Source: Phyllobates terribilis (Eukaryota). From it: 64,000 bases of DNA. A program made the position numbers and the translations under genes. The notes under the pieces were generated by a model that worked only from the letters and a program-made list of their open reading frames with translations, had not been told where the DNA came from and did no database searches. Shown piece by piece: positions 32,190 through 44,280 of this stretch. The stretch is from the NCBI RefSeq assembly GCF_046119375.1, contig NW_027362764.1, positions 383,594,001 to 383,658,000 on the forward strand, given 5' to 3'. Within the stretch, counting starts at the first letter, position 1; each line of letters starts with the position of its first letter.

Positions 32190-34670
32190 TCTTAAAGGCC
32201 GACTCTGCTCCCTATCTAACCTCACAACCTCCCCCCTACCCCTATCTGACCACCATGTACTCACCTTCTCATCCCTGTCCTCCTCACCTGTCACCCATGT
32301 CCGGCAGCTTGCACACCCCCGCAGAAATCTTGCACATCTAGACACTCACACACTCTCTGACTCTGTTCTACCACTGACATCCATATCCTCACTCCATGAC
32401 ACAGACAGCGCCACTGCTTTCTACAATGCCACTCTCGCATCAGCTATTGACTCGGTCGCCCCTCTTATGCATGGCAGAGCGCGACGAGCCAACAGGCAGC
32501 CCTGGCACAACAACCTCACTAAACAGCTTCGACAAGCGTCCAGGGTTGCGGAGCGGCGTTGGAAGAAAACACATACTCAAGAAGACTTCACTGCATTCAA
32601 ACAAGCAACGCTCGCATTCAAATCAGCACTCACCTCTGCTAAACAGGCCTACTTCACAACTCTCATATCCTCCCTATCCTACAACTCCAAACAGCTATTC
32701 AACACTTTTAACTCTCTCCTCCGCCCTCCACTGCCCCCTCCGACCTCCCTCATCTCTGCCGAGGAGTTTGCCACACACTTAAAAAACAAGATTGACCAAA
32801 CACGGCAAGTCTTTACTGTCCGACCACCACAACCCCTTTGTTTTCCACACCATTTCCTTAACCCCATAACCTCCCTTCCCAACATCACGGAAAGAGACCT
32901 TACTCGTCTCCTCTCCAAATCACACCACCACATGTGCACTTGACCCCATCCCATCCCACCTCCTCCCCAACCTCACCCCCACCCTCGTCCCATCCCTAAC
33001 CCATCTCTTCAACCTATCACTATCCTCTGGTACCTTCCCTGCTGCCTTCAAACATGCCACAATCACGCCCATCCTCAAAAAGCCATCCCTCAACCCATCC
33101 GCTCTGTCCAGCTATCGCCCCATATCGCTGCTCCCATTTGCCTCCAAACTCCTTGAGCAACACGTTCACACCGAACTTTCCTCCCACTTTTCATCTAACT
33201 CTCTCTTCGACAACCGACAATCCGGCTTCCGTCCCCACCATTCCACCGAAACTGCCCTTACCAAAATCACCAATGACCTGCTCACAGCCAAAGCTAACAG
33301 ACAATTCTCTGTACTCCTTCTTCTTGACCTGTCCTCTGCTTTCGATACAGTTGACCACTGCCTCCTACTACAGATCCTCTCTTCCTTTGGCGTCAAAGAC
33401 CTTGCCCTATCCTGGATCTCCTCATACCTTTCTAACCGCACATTTAGCGTCTCCCACTCCCACGTTACCTCCTCACCCCGCCCCCTCTCTATTGGAGTCC
33501 CTCAAGGCTCTGTCCTAGGACCCCTACTCTTCTCAATCTATACCCTTGGCCTGGGACAGCTCATAAAATCCTATGGCTTCCAGTACCATCTGTACGCTGA
33601 TGACACCCAGGTCTACCTCTCTGGCCCAGACGTCACCTCTCTGCTGTCCAGAATCCCAGCATGTCTATCAGCCATATCCTCCTTCTTCTCCTCCCGCTAC
33701 CTCAAGCTCAATGTGGACAAAACTGAACTCATTATCTTTCCACCATCTCGCATATCCTTCCCACCTGATCATTCTATCACAATAAATGACATCACTCTTT
33801 CTGCTGTACCAACAATCCACTGCCTCGGAGTAACCCTTGACTCTGCCCTGTCCTTCAAACCCCACATCCAAGCTCTTGCCATCTCCTGTCGCCTCCAGCT
33901 CAAAAATATTTCCAGAATCCGTCCTTTCCTCAACCCTAACTCTACTAAACTGCTTGTGCATGCCCTCATCATCTCCCGCCTCGACTATTGCAACATCCTC
34001 CTCTGTGGCCTCCCTGCTAACACTCTCACACCCCTCCAGTCTATCCTCAACTCTGCTGCATGACTTGTTCATCTCTCGCCTCGCTACTCCTCTGCTAAGC
34101 CCCTTTGCAAATCGCCTCACTGGCTCCCATTCCCCCAGCGTATCCAGTTCAAACTACTAACACTGACCTACAAAGCCATCCATAACCTCTCTCCTCCGTA
34201 CGTCTCTGAACTAATCTCCCGATATATTCCCTCACGTAAGCTGCGGTCCTCCCAAGACCTCCTTCTCTCCTCCACACTTATCCGTTCCTCACCCAATCGC
34301 CTCCAAGATTTCTCCCGAATATCCCCCATCCTCTGGAATTCTGTGCCTCAACACGTCCGATTATCCACCACATCCGGATCCTTCATACGGTACCTGAAAA
34401 CCCATCTCTTCAAGAAAGCCTACAGCCTGCAATGACCCTGCTGCTTCCTCAACAACACCGAAGCTACTGCAACCCCCAACCTACTGTCTCCTCCCCACTC
34501 CTGTAGAATGTAAGCCCGCAAGGGCAGGGTCCTCTTCCCTCCGTACCAGTCTATCATTGTTAGTTTGTTTACTGTAAGTGATATTTTTACTTGGTATGTA
34601 ACCCCTTCTTATGTACAGCACCATGGAATCAATGGCGCTATATAAATAAATAAATAATAATAATAATAAA
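32190..34670 (+). mobile_element. 5'-truncated L2/CR1-superfamily LINE (ORF2 endonuclease end plus RT), disrupted
   Basis: [50 protein letters not shown]; frameshift near 32930, TGA near 34061; 3' tail (TAA)n. Confidence 0.92.
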
Positions 34671-35371
34671 GGCATGATATGCAGTAATACAGATGTATTG
34701 CAGTGTCTTCTATGCATAAACATTTTTCCCATTAGAAAGATTTTATTTAGTAAAAATAGGCCGAAAGTTGCTTGTGCTATTGTGAACAGCCTGTGTGGAC
34801 TAAATGTGCTACCATGACCTGAAGCATGGCCTCCATCAAGCACATCTGGGATGTCATTGATTGGCAATTGCCACGGAGCAGTCAGCGGCGGATCTTGATG
34901 ATTTACAACCCCTAGTATATTCAGCATAAAACATTCCTCAGACAACCATTAATCATCTCATTGATAACATGCCATTTCTGAATGTGCTACGCATAGTTAA
35001 TATTATAGAAATCAAAATGTTTTGAAAATTGTTTTCCATTTTTTCATCATTTGCAGATCATCAACATGTCTATTGATACTGGGATTTCCATAATTCCATG
35101 ACTTTTCTTTCTTCTTGGTGATGCAATTTCTTTGTTGCAATTTCTTTGTCGATGGGTGTATATCAGTTTGGTATTACCTTAATCAGAGCAACCTGAAGAA
35201 GTAATTTAACATGTTTACTGTTGATTCAAGAGCAGGTTTTTTTCTATTTTCCCCCAATTAAAGTTATTAAAAGTTATACAGTTAGTTATATGCACCCCTG
35301 TACACTAGAAGTGTTCCACTACTCATTCTGCAAAATGAACAAACAAAAAAATCTTATGGCTCTTGAAACAT

Positions 35372-35705
35372 ACTGTATTTTTAGAACTATAAGATGCACT
35401 TTTTTACCCCCAAATTTGGGAAGAAAATGGGGGTGCGTCCTATAGTTTGAATGTAGCTTAACAGGGGCGGCGGTGGAGCAGGATCACATTTACGTCATTT
35501 GACACCAGGAGTATGGCGAAGCTGTGGACCCTGGGCTAGGATGAGGGGATGTCCTGGCGGTTAAAGGCAGGAGCGGAGTCCCCGCTATGCACATTGACCC
35601 AGCGGTGGGCTTGAGGAGAATGGCGCCGTTGTCGGTGCATGCGCAGACTTAGATCTCAGCTCAATGGAGAGCCGAAATCTCAGTCTGCACATGCGCCGCC
35701 TCCCT
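35372..35705. mobile_element. pogo/Tc2-like non-autonomous fragment
   Basis: Starts TACTGTATTTTTAGAACTATAAGATGCAC, resembling the CCGTATTTTTCG..CTATAAGACGCAC termini; no second TIR found. Confidence 0.5.
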
Positions 35706-37307
35706 CACCATTTTACTGAAGACAGCCGGGAGATCATATGTGCTGAGTGGGGACCTCCCAATAAGCTGCTGATATTTCCTGTTCTGTAGAAATAACTTTT
35801 CAGCAGGTGGCTCATTATCATCACAGGTAGTGTTGCAATGAAAATTAACACATCAAATAGGTAGGTTTTATTCACAACTGACCTCTGCATAGATCACAGA
35901 GCATGAAACTAAACTCTCCAATAGACGTAAATGAGTTGTAATGCTTCAGCTCCCCAACATTGATGGCCTTGATATCCTTAGGATAGGTCATCAATGTCTG
36001 ATTGGTGGGGGTGCAACACCCAGAAACCCCGCCGATCAGCTGTTTTCGGTGTTGACAGCCACTATAAGTGCTCCGCTACGGAGTTGCTCTGTCGACTGAT
36101 AGTGGCCGCGGCCGGTACTGCACATCCACCCCATATTCAAATCAATAGGATAGATTATCAATGTTAAAGTAGTGAACTTTAATTCATGCAGCTTTTTTAT
36201 CCTTTAATAATTTATTGGACATAATGACCACTTCAGTCTCAGCACTACAACATAGAAATAACGTTTTTTAGAAATGATTGTACAATAATTGTGTCATTAA
36301 ATAAACTATGGTTTTAATCATTTTATTTCAGAGGGGTTGCATGATGCTTTATAAAAGTAGAACAAAGATATGACTATGAACTTAGAAATAAGATATTTAG
36401 CTCAGTGTGACAATATTTTCATATTTGTATGTAGCAAAACTGAATGTGAGCGAGATATATAAAATATAGATGTTGTGCATTTCATTCAAAAAGCCCCCCA
36501 AAAATCCATGCAGAGGATACGATGTGCAAGTGTTAATGCCAGCAACTGAATGTTTCATAGCACATTTGAAGATGAATAATCCTGCAAATATTGATCTAGT
36601 AGCCTAGCACAATTCTTTCCAGTTGCCACACCATTGACTTCATGCTCCTCAAACAAACCATGAAAATGATCATAGCAGCTGAACAGCCTATCTGACAGGC
36701 TACTAATATATTATGACACAGTAATAATGTTTACTTTCATTTGAATAGAATTTCTAATCATGGAATCAAATAAAGAGATTGACAGTCTCAAGGGAATGAT
36801 AAGTCAAGTAGGACAGATATACAGAAGCTGCTTGCTACTCCATTAAATTTTAAGATGTGGTGCTCTTTTATTAGGTGTGATACATTTTATTTGAAGGTCT
36901 TTTCTGATCTTTTTCTTATGAAGTTTTCATCTGAAGGTTTAGAGCTTTTGCTGACAGTTGATAAAGGAATGCTTGAGAGAAATATCAGAAAGGACATGTA
37001 AAAAGCCAAAGAGAACTCTCGCTCTAAAAGTAATTCATATGTATACAACAAAAATGTCACAAATAGGCAGAACAGAAATATTACTTTCAATAACACGAGA
37101 AAAAGACTAAACTTGAAATTACAGAAATAGTTTTTTTTTTCATTATTAAGGTTTTGTGGCCACAAAAAGTAACAACATGAAAAATAGAAATGTGCTATAA
37201 AAATAAGTAAAAAGCATAAACAAAAAAGTAGTGCACCCCACAATGAGACGAGTGCCTATGATAGCAATCCAGTCAAATTTCATGTAAAAAATATTAATTT
37301 GGGGTAC

Positions 37308-38592
37308 TGTGGTGCCCCTGTGGGTCCAGTTGCCATAGAGGTACTGCATCTCACCCAGAAGTGTGGTACCCTACTCTCAGATAAGGAGGGAGCACTACCC
37401 GGGACTCAGACATATACATCCAACACTACGCCACTCCAGACCAGCAGGAGGAGCAAGATGCACTCGTCCACTGCTGAGCCCTGTCCCTGGCAGGAAGGGG
37501 GGGAACCAAGAGAGGGGGAACCATATAGTGGGTGTGGGTGGAGGAAGAAAGTGGAGCACAGACAGAAAGGGTATAAAAGACAGAGAGAGACATCTAGAAG
37601 GATCCAGTCCTGCTCAGGAGAGCAGTGCAGAAGGGTCCATGCTCCTGGCTCCAGTGATTGGAGCAGGAGTTCAGTAGATTGAGGGGAGCCAGGCCTAGTG
37701 AGAGAGGCCCAGGAGGAGAGTGAGGAGAGGAGCAGTGAGGAAGGCTCCAGGAAGACAGAAGGGATCCCAGGGGCATGGCGAGTGCAGAAGCCACCCGTGC
37801 GCCCGAATTTACGCTGACGTGGAGGGATCAGGCTGCAGAAGGGGACCAGCACCAAACTAGTGGAGAACAACCATGCTCAGCTAGCCAACCGGAGGCTGCA
37901 GCATTTTCAAGGAGTTGCAGCCAAAATCCACAATTACATCGCCGAAAAGGCGACCACATAGGGTCCAGGGGACTGAGAACACGTCACCCGAAAAGGCCCG
38001 AGGCCACTGGCTTGGGACTCTGATTGTGAGGAGCAGGGCAGGAGGGTGAGAGCCAGCGCAGTGAGACGACCGGGAAAGGTACATAGAACGGGATCCCGTC
38101 TAAGTGCTTCTGAGATACCTGAGGGTTTGCTGGACCCCTACCCCAGAGGACACAGGACGACGTGGGCGGTTACACACCGGTAACTGTAACCTGGAGTCTT
38201 GAACAACTGTGAGTAAAACCTGAAGACTACACCCCACTGTGTCCTTGAATAATTGCTGCGCCATTACCAGCCCTGCACTACACAGCACCAACAACATCTA
38301 CCTCATAAAATCACGATTTACTGCCCTAGAGCTAAGCTCTATCTGTGGAGAGCTTAACCAACTCTGCTGCATCACCATCAGCTCCAGAGGATCTGCACCG
38401 CAGCGGCGGCCCCATATAGCGGCATACCATGGGTGGCATCACGAACATTATCCCCAAATCTTTGTTTCCCCAAATTGACTTTTCACTTTAATTGACCGCA
38501 CTGGGCCACGGATCGGGTCACTGCCACCGTGACATCCCCAGCACCGACCGGCCCGGCTACCGAGTACCCCACGGCCCAGGGGGCGCGTCATA
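37308..38592 (+). mobile_element. Gypsy-type solo LTR
   Basis: TGTGGTGCCCC..GGGGCGCGTCATA; GTAC on both flanks if the end is 38592; related to the other LTRs in the window. Confidence 0.82.
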
Positions 38593-38853
38593 GTACCAAA
38601 AGGAAAAACTGTTTATGATCTCATTAAATTAGTATGAATATTTTTGGCCTTAATTTTAAAATATGTTTTGCACAAACACAATACAATCCCCTACAGAACA
38701 CCATGCCTATTGTAAACCATGGCAATGACAACATTTTGCTCAAGGGCTATTTGAATATGGAAAGCAATAAATACTGCAGAGTAGTATATAAATATAGTTT
38801 TCACAAACTATCAGACAGCTAACAGAAAAGAGCAAACAAAGGTAATTCTTTAA

Positions 38854-40079
38854 CCCCTTCACAACCGATGACTTATAGATATATCATCGGTCATGTCCCT
38901 GCCTTTAATTCGTTCTTCGGCGCTGAGCTCGCATCTTTCCTTGCACATGAGAGCTGATCTGGTCAGCTGTCATGTGCCTCTAACAGCTGCGGGTTGATAC
39001 AAGATCCACATGGGGCTGTTAACAAGTTAAATGCTGCTGTCAATCTCTGACATCGGCATTTAACATGCGATGGCCGGAAGCGCGTCACAAGACCCGTCCA
39101 TCGGCCCCCCTGTCACGTGATTGTTGGGTACCAATGGGTTGTTATGACTGCCGGGGGTCTGCAGAAGTCCCCCGTGCCTGTCATTGTAAATCTCCTAAGA
39201 ACGCCGGTTTGTGGCCGACGTTCATAGGAGATCATGAATTCTACTACACATAGCAGGGCTAAAGACTTGCTATGTGTAGCACAGGCAATCATTTGATGGC
39301 AGCTTCAAGTCTCCTAAGGGGACTATTGAAGCCAGTAAAAAGTAAAAAACATTTTTAAAATATTAAAAAAACACAATAGTTCAAAACACCCCCCTTTTGA
39401 CCCATACAAGCTAAAACAATAAAAAGTTAAAAAAACATATTTGGTATTGCTGCATTCAGAAATGTCTGAGCTGTCAAAATATAAAGTAAATTAGTCCTAT
39501 TAGTAAACGGTGTAACAAGAAAAAAAATCGAAACGCCAAAATTAAGGTTATTTAACTTCCGAAACATTGCAATAAAATGCAATAACAGGTGTTCAAAACA
39601 TTGTATCTACCCCAAAATATCAATAAAAACGTCAGCTCAGCATGCAAAAAATAAGCCCTCACTCAGCCCCAGATCCTGAAAAATGGAGACGCTACCGGTC
39701 TTGGAAAATGGCAATATTTTTTTTCTTACAAACTTGGATTTTTCTTCATGATGAAAATAAAAGAGAACCTATACATGTTTGGTATCTGCATACTCGCACT
39801 TACCTAGGGAATCATACTGGCAGGTCAGTTTAGCATTTAGTGAATCTGGCAAATAAAAAACCCGCAATTGTGGTATTGCACTTTTTTTGCAATTTCACTG
39901 CACCAGGAATTTCTTTCTTGTTCTCCAGTACACTATATGGTAACATTAATGGTGTCATTCAAAAGTACAACTCGTCCCACAAACACAAGCCCTCATTGAC
40001 AAAAAAATAAAAAAGTTATCGCTCTAGGTAGAAGAGGAGAAAAAGACTATAAACGGAAAACCACCCAGGGGCGAAGGGG
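38854..40079. mobile_element. piggyBac-like non-autonomous element, 1226 bp
   Basis: TTAA followed by CCCCTTC at the left end, GAAGGGG followed by TTAA at the right end; non-coding. Confidence 0.8.
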
Positions 40080-40139
40080 TTAATTTTGTGATACTATACA
40101 ACTGTTAAAATGACACATATTACAGGGGCTACATAGTTT

Positions 40140-40290
40140 ATTGATTTTACTTCCTTATATAGCACCATCATATTTCACAGCCATTTATAGACATCATCAC
40201 TGTTGGCATTGAGGCTCACAATCTAAATTTCCTATCAATTTGTCTTTAGATTTTGGGAGAAAATGCTGCAAAGCAACAGTGCTAAACTCT
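40140..40290 (-). mobile_element. Decayed V-SINE/L2-tail fragment
   Basis: Reverse complement similarity to 11940-12050 (GGCTCACAATCTA..TTCCTATCA..TGTCTTT). Confidence 0.55.
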
Positions 40291-42011
40291 GAGCCACCAT
40301 ACCCAAGAAGTCAGGATATACTATCACTTTCTGATTGGCGTGGATTTCAGCTCTGGAACCCCCAATGAACTAGAGAATGAAAGGCATGCAGACCTGGTTT
40401 AGCTACCTTTTAGCTTTATTATTTGCACAGTGTGAAGGCAATATTCTGCAGTTTACTACATAGCTGGCCACTTGCAGGTCAAGATTAGTCAGGGTCTCAG
40501 AGGTTGGATTCTCATCAATCAGAAAATAATGACATTTCTTAGCGATAAATCCCTTTTAAATAAAGTTAATGGACCTACCCGTGGCCAGTTCTACCATAGT
40601 TACTCTTGTAAAATTGGACCTGAATCCTGACAGTAACTATATTACAATCCAGTATTTGAGTATCAATTGGACTCCGCAAACTCTGGTGTATTTTATAATT
40701 GCATTAAGCTAATCTTTGACACATAGTTTGGACAGTACTAACCAACTAGGTCAGCATGACGGCTTTTTTTAAACCCATATATGTCATAACTGTCATGTTT
40801 TGGCAATTTTCTATACACATACAGTATATATAGCTATGATGAAAAGTTTTGAGACTGACGCAAATTTTGATTTTCACAAAGTTTGTTGCGTCAGTGTTTT
40901 TATATCTTTTAGTCGGATGTTTCTGTGGTTACTGAAGTACAATTATAGATATTTCATAAGTTTTTACACTTTTATTGACAAGTATACCGTATATTCCGGC
41001 GTATAAGACGACCTGGTGTATAAGACGACCCCCCTACTTTCCTGTTAAAATATAGAGTTTAGGATATATTCACCGTATAAGACTACCCCTTTTCCAACGC
41101 ATACCAAACACCGGTAAAAATTAAAAAAAAACAGATTTGAATTTAACATGGTCCTTTTTTAATTTAAATTCTTATGACATGCAGGTATATAGCAGGAAAA
41201 CTGTCACTCATAAACATATTAAAATAGGGGGGACCCCACGTCATTTTTTGGGGGGGTCCCCCATTCTAATAGCTAGTAAAGGCTAGGTATTCAGCTGGGG
41301 GCTGATATTAGTAGCCTGGGAAGCTCCGTGGGTATTACCCTCTTCCCAGACTTCAAACATCTGCCCCAGCCGTCTGCTTAACCTCCGCTAGAGACTATAA
41401 TGATGGTGGATCCCATGCCAATTTTCTTTTTAAAAAATCCTTTATTTTAACACTAAATGACAATTGAGGGGTTAATAAAGATGCAGTCCCTAAATTATTA
41501 ATTTTGTAATTCATTTTTCCCAAAAATGTTGACGTGGGGCTTCGCCATATTTTTGTGTCCAGTCAGGTACAGCAGGCAGGAACGGGCTGCCCCCAACCAC
41601 CAGCTGCCTATTTGTACCTGGCCGGACACAACAATATAGGGAAGCCCTTTTTTTTTAAATTATTTCATGAAATAATTAAAAAAAAAAATACGTGGGGCTT
41701 CGCCCTATTTTTGTGTCCAGCCAGGTACAACTAGGCAGCTGGGGGCTGGAATCTGCAGCGCAGGGAGGCCCAAGCTTTCTGGGCCCCCCCCGCTGCAAAT
41801 TGCAGTCCGCAGCCACCCCGGAAAATGGCGCGTTCATAGAAGCGCCATCTTCTGGCGCTGTACCCAACTCATCCAGGACCCTGGTGCGGTGGCTCACTGG
41901 GTAATAAAGGGGTTAGGGCCAGCTTGGCATTATCAGCTGGCCCTAAGCCCGAAATTCATGGGGTCACGCCAATATTAGACATGACCACCATGAATTTCTA
42001 GTAAAGTAATT

Positions 42012-42788
42012 AAAAAAAACACAACACCCAGAATAAAGTCCTTTAATTGAAATAAACACACAATTCTTTATTGTTCTAAATTAAACCATACTTACCATCA
42101 CGCCCATTCCAGCTGAAGCCAACGATCTCCTGCAATAAAAGTAAAATAATAAAGCAACCTCATCCTTACCTCTCCATGGTTCCCAGGACCGGTCCAGCTC
42201 TGCTACATTCACATGACAGGCTGCACCGCAGCAGAACGCTGCCATTCAGCTTGCCATGCGGCAGACACTGAGAAGCGCAGGCATGCTTGTGCTCCTCAGT
42301 GTCTCTCTGTGACGGCATCCAGATGAGCCGAGATCATGTCCAATGAACTCGGCTCACCTCATGTACGTCACTGACAGCGTGGGAAAATTCTCCTGCTCCC
42401 CGCATGCGCAGTAGAAGTTTCCCACGCTGTCAGTGACGGACGTCCAGGAGGTGAGCTGAGTTCATTGTCGGCTCATCTGGATGCCGTCACAGTCAGACAC
42501 TGAGGAGCGCAAGCATGCCTGCGCTTCTCAGTGTCTGCGGGATGACAGGCTGGATGGCAGCTTTCTGCTGCGGTCCAGCCTGTCATCTCGATGTAGCAGA
42601 GATGGACCCGTCCTGGGAACCATGGAAAGGTAAGGATGAGGTTGGTTTATTATTTTTCTTTTATTGCAGGAGATCGTTGGCTTCAGCTGGAATGGGCGTG
42701 ATGGTAAGTATGGTTTAATTTAGAACAATAAAGAATTGTGTGTTTATTTCAATTAAAGGACTTTATTCTGGGTGTTTGTGTTTTTTTT
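42012..42788. repeat. ~780-bp long palindrome
   Basis: 42030-42170 is the near-perfect reverse complement of 42630-42775; symmetry continues inward to a centre near 42400. Confidence 0.9.
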
Positions 42789-43899
42789 AACTTTGACTAT
42801 GGGGTTAGTAATGGGGGTGTCTTATAGACGCCTCTCCATTACTAACCTGGGCTTGATGTCAGCTGGCATTATAAGCTGACATCAACCCCAGCCCTATTAC
42901 CCCAATGCCACCGCTACAGGGCAGTGGGAAGAGCGAGGCTAAGTGCCAGATTTGGCGCATCCTATGGATGCGCCATTTCTGGGGCGGCTGACGGCTGGTG
43001 TTTCTAGCCTGGGAGGGGGCCAATATTCATGTCACCCTTCCTGGGCTATTAATATCAGCCTCCAGCTGTCTGCCTAGCCTTTGCTAGCTATTAAAATAGG
43101 GGGGACCCCACGTCATTTTTTTGGGATCCCCCACTTTAATAGCTAGTAAAGGCTAGGTATTCAGCTGGGGGCTGATATTAGTAGCCTGGGAAGCTCCGTG
43201 GGTATTACCCCCTTCCCAGGCTTCAAACATTTGCCCCAGCTGTCTGCTTAACCTCCGCTAGAGACTAAAATTAAGGGGAACCCCACGCCAATTTTTTTTT
43301 TAATAAATCCGTTATTTTAACACTAGATGACAAGTACAGTAACCAGCACTGTCACTGTACTTCATATATATGTGACGGACATGTTTCTATCTATCTAATA
43401 GTGTTGAGCCACCCCCGTAGTGTTCGAGTTCGGTTCGGTTCGTCGAACACCCGTGTGTTCGCCGAACTGTTCGTCGAACTGTTCGTCGAACACCTTCGAA
43501 CACCGTTAAAACCAATGGCAGGCAAACAAAAACACATAGAAACACATAGAAAACACCTTCAAAGGTGTCCAAAAGCTGACAAACTGCTCAGAAGACACAA
43601 CTAACACATGGAAAAGTGACAAGTACATATAGTCATGCGAAAAGAAAAGAGGTGGAGGAGTAAAAGGAGGGGGAGACACAGATATAGGCATGTCATGCCC
43701 TTCTAAAATCCAAAAAGTGAGAAGCCGAGACGGCCAGTCCGCTCCTGCCCGTGCCACCTCCGTGTCGCCGGGTTTGTGCCAGAGCCGCGGTGAACCCTGA
43801 CGGCCAGCCCCCCTCTCCCAATACTGGTGCCTGTCCGCTGGTGGGTCGAGAGAGCCCCCCTGTGGTGGAGGCAGCTCTAAGCTTTTTAATTTAAATTGT

Positions 43900-44176
43900 C
43901 CCTCTAATTTGAATGAATACACTTTAAATCCATTTACAAGGATCTATTGGAGGGCAAGTCTCATGCCAGCAGCCGCGTAATTCCAGCTCCAGTAGCGTCC
44001 ACTAAAGCTGCTGCAGTTAAAAAGCTTTTATAAGGATCGAGCTCGGCTGTCCACCGCAAGGCATCCTAGTGCCAGTCCCAGCCCCTATGCCTTGGGGTGC
44101 CTCCTGATGCTCTTCACTAAGTATCCCGTGGTCCCGAAGCATTTCCTTTGAAAAAATTAAGTGTCCAAACTACAGG
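43900..44176 (+). rRNA. Non-functional 18S rRNA gene fragment inside hAT copy B
   Basis: ACTTTAAATC..GGATCTATTGGAGGGCAAGTC..TGCCAGCAGCCGCGTAATTCCAGCTCCA.TAGCGT..GCTGCAGTTAAAAAGCT..GATGCTCTT..CCCGAAGC..TTTGAAAAAATTA. One G of GCCGCGGTAA is lost relative to copy A. Confidence 0.92.
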
Positions 44177-44280
44177 TGGTGTAGCTTGCTTAACAGCCGG
44201 GATAATCCGCTGACTAGCAGACACTGCTACTAGGCACAAAGTATTTCCTGGGCTAGATGCAGTTAAAAATTTGTAAGTAG

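Noticed and set aside
36887-37243. 118-aa hydrophobic ORF as a membrane protein
   Set aside because: Hydrophobicity arises from T-rich low-complexity sequence; no splice or homology support.
43900-44176. Functional rDNA locus
   Set aside because: Only ~280 bp, with substitutions and deletions; no flanking 18S, ITS or 28S sequence.
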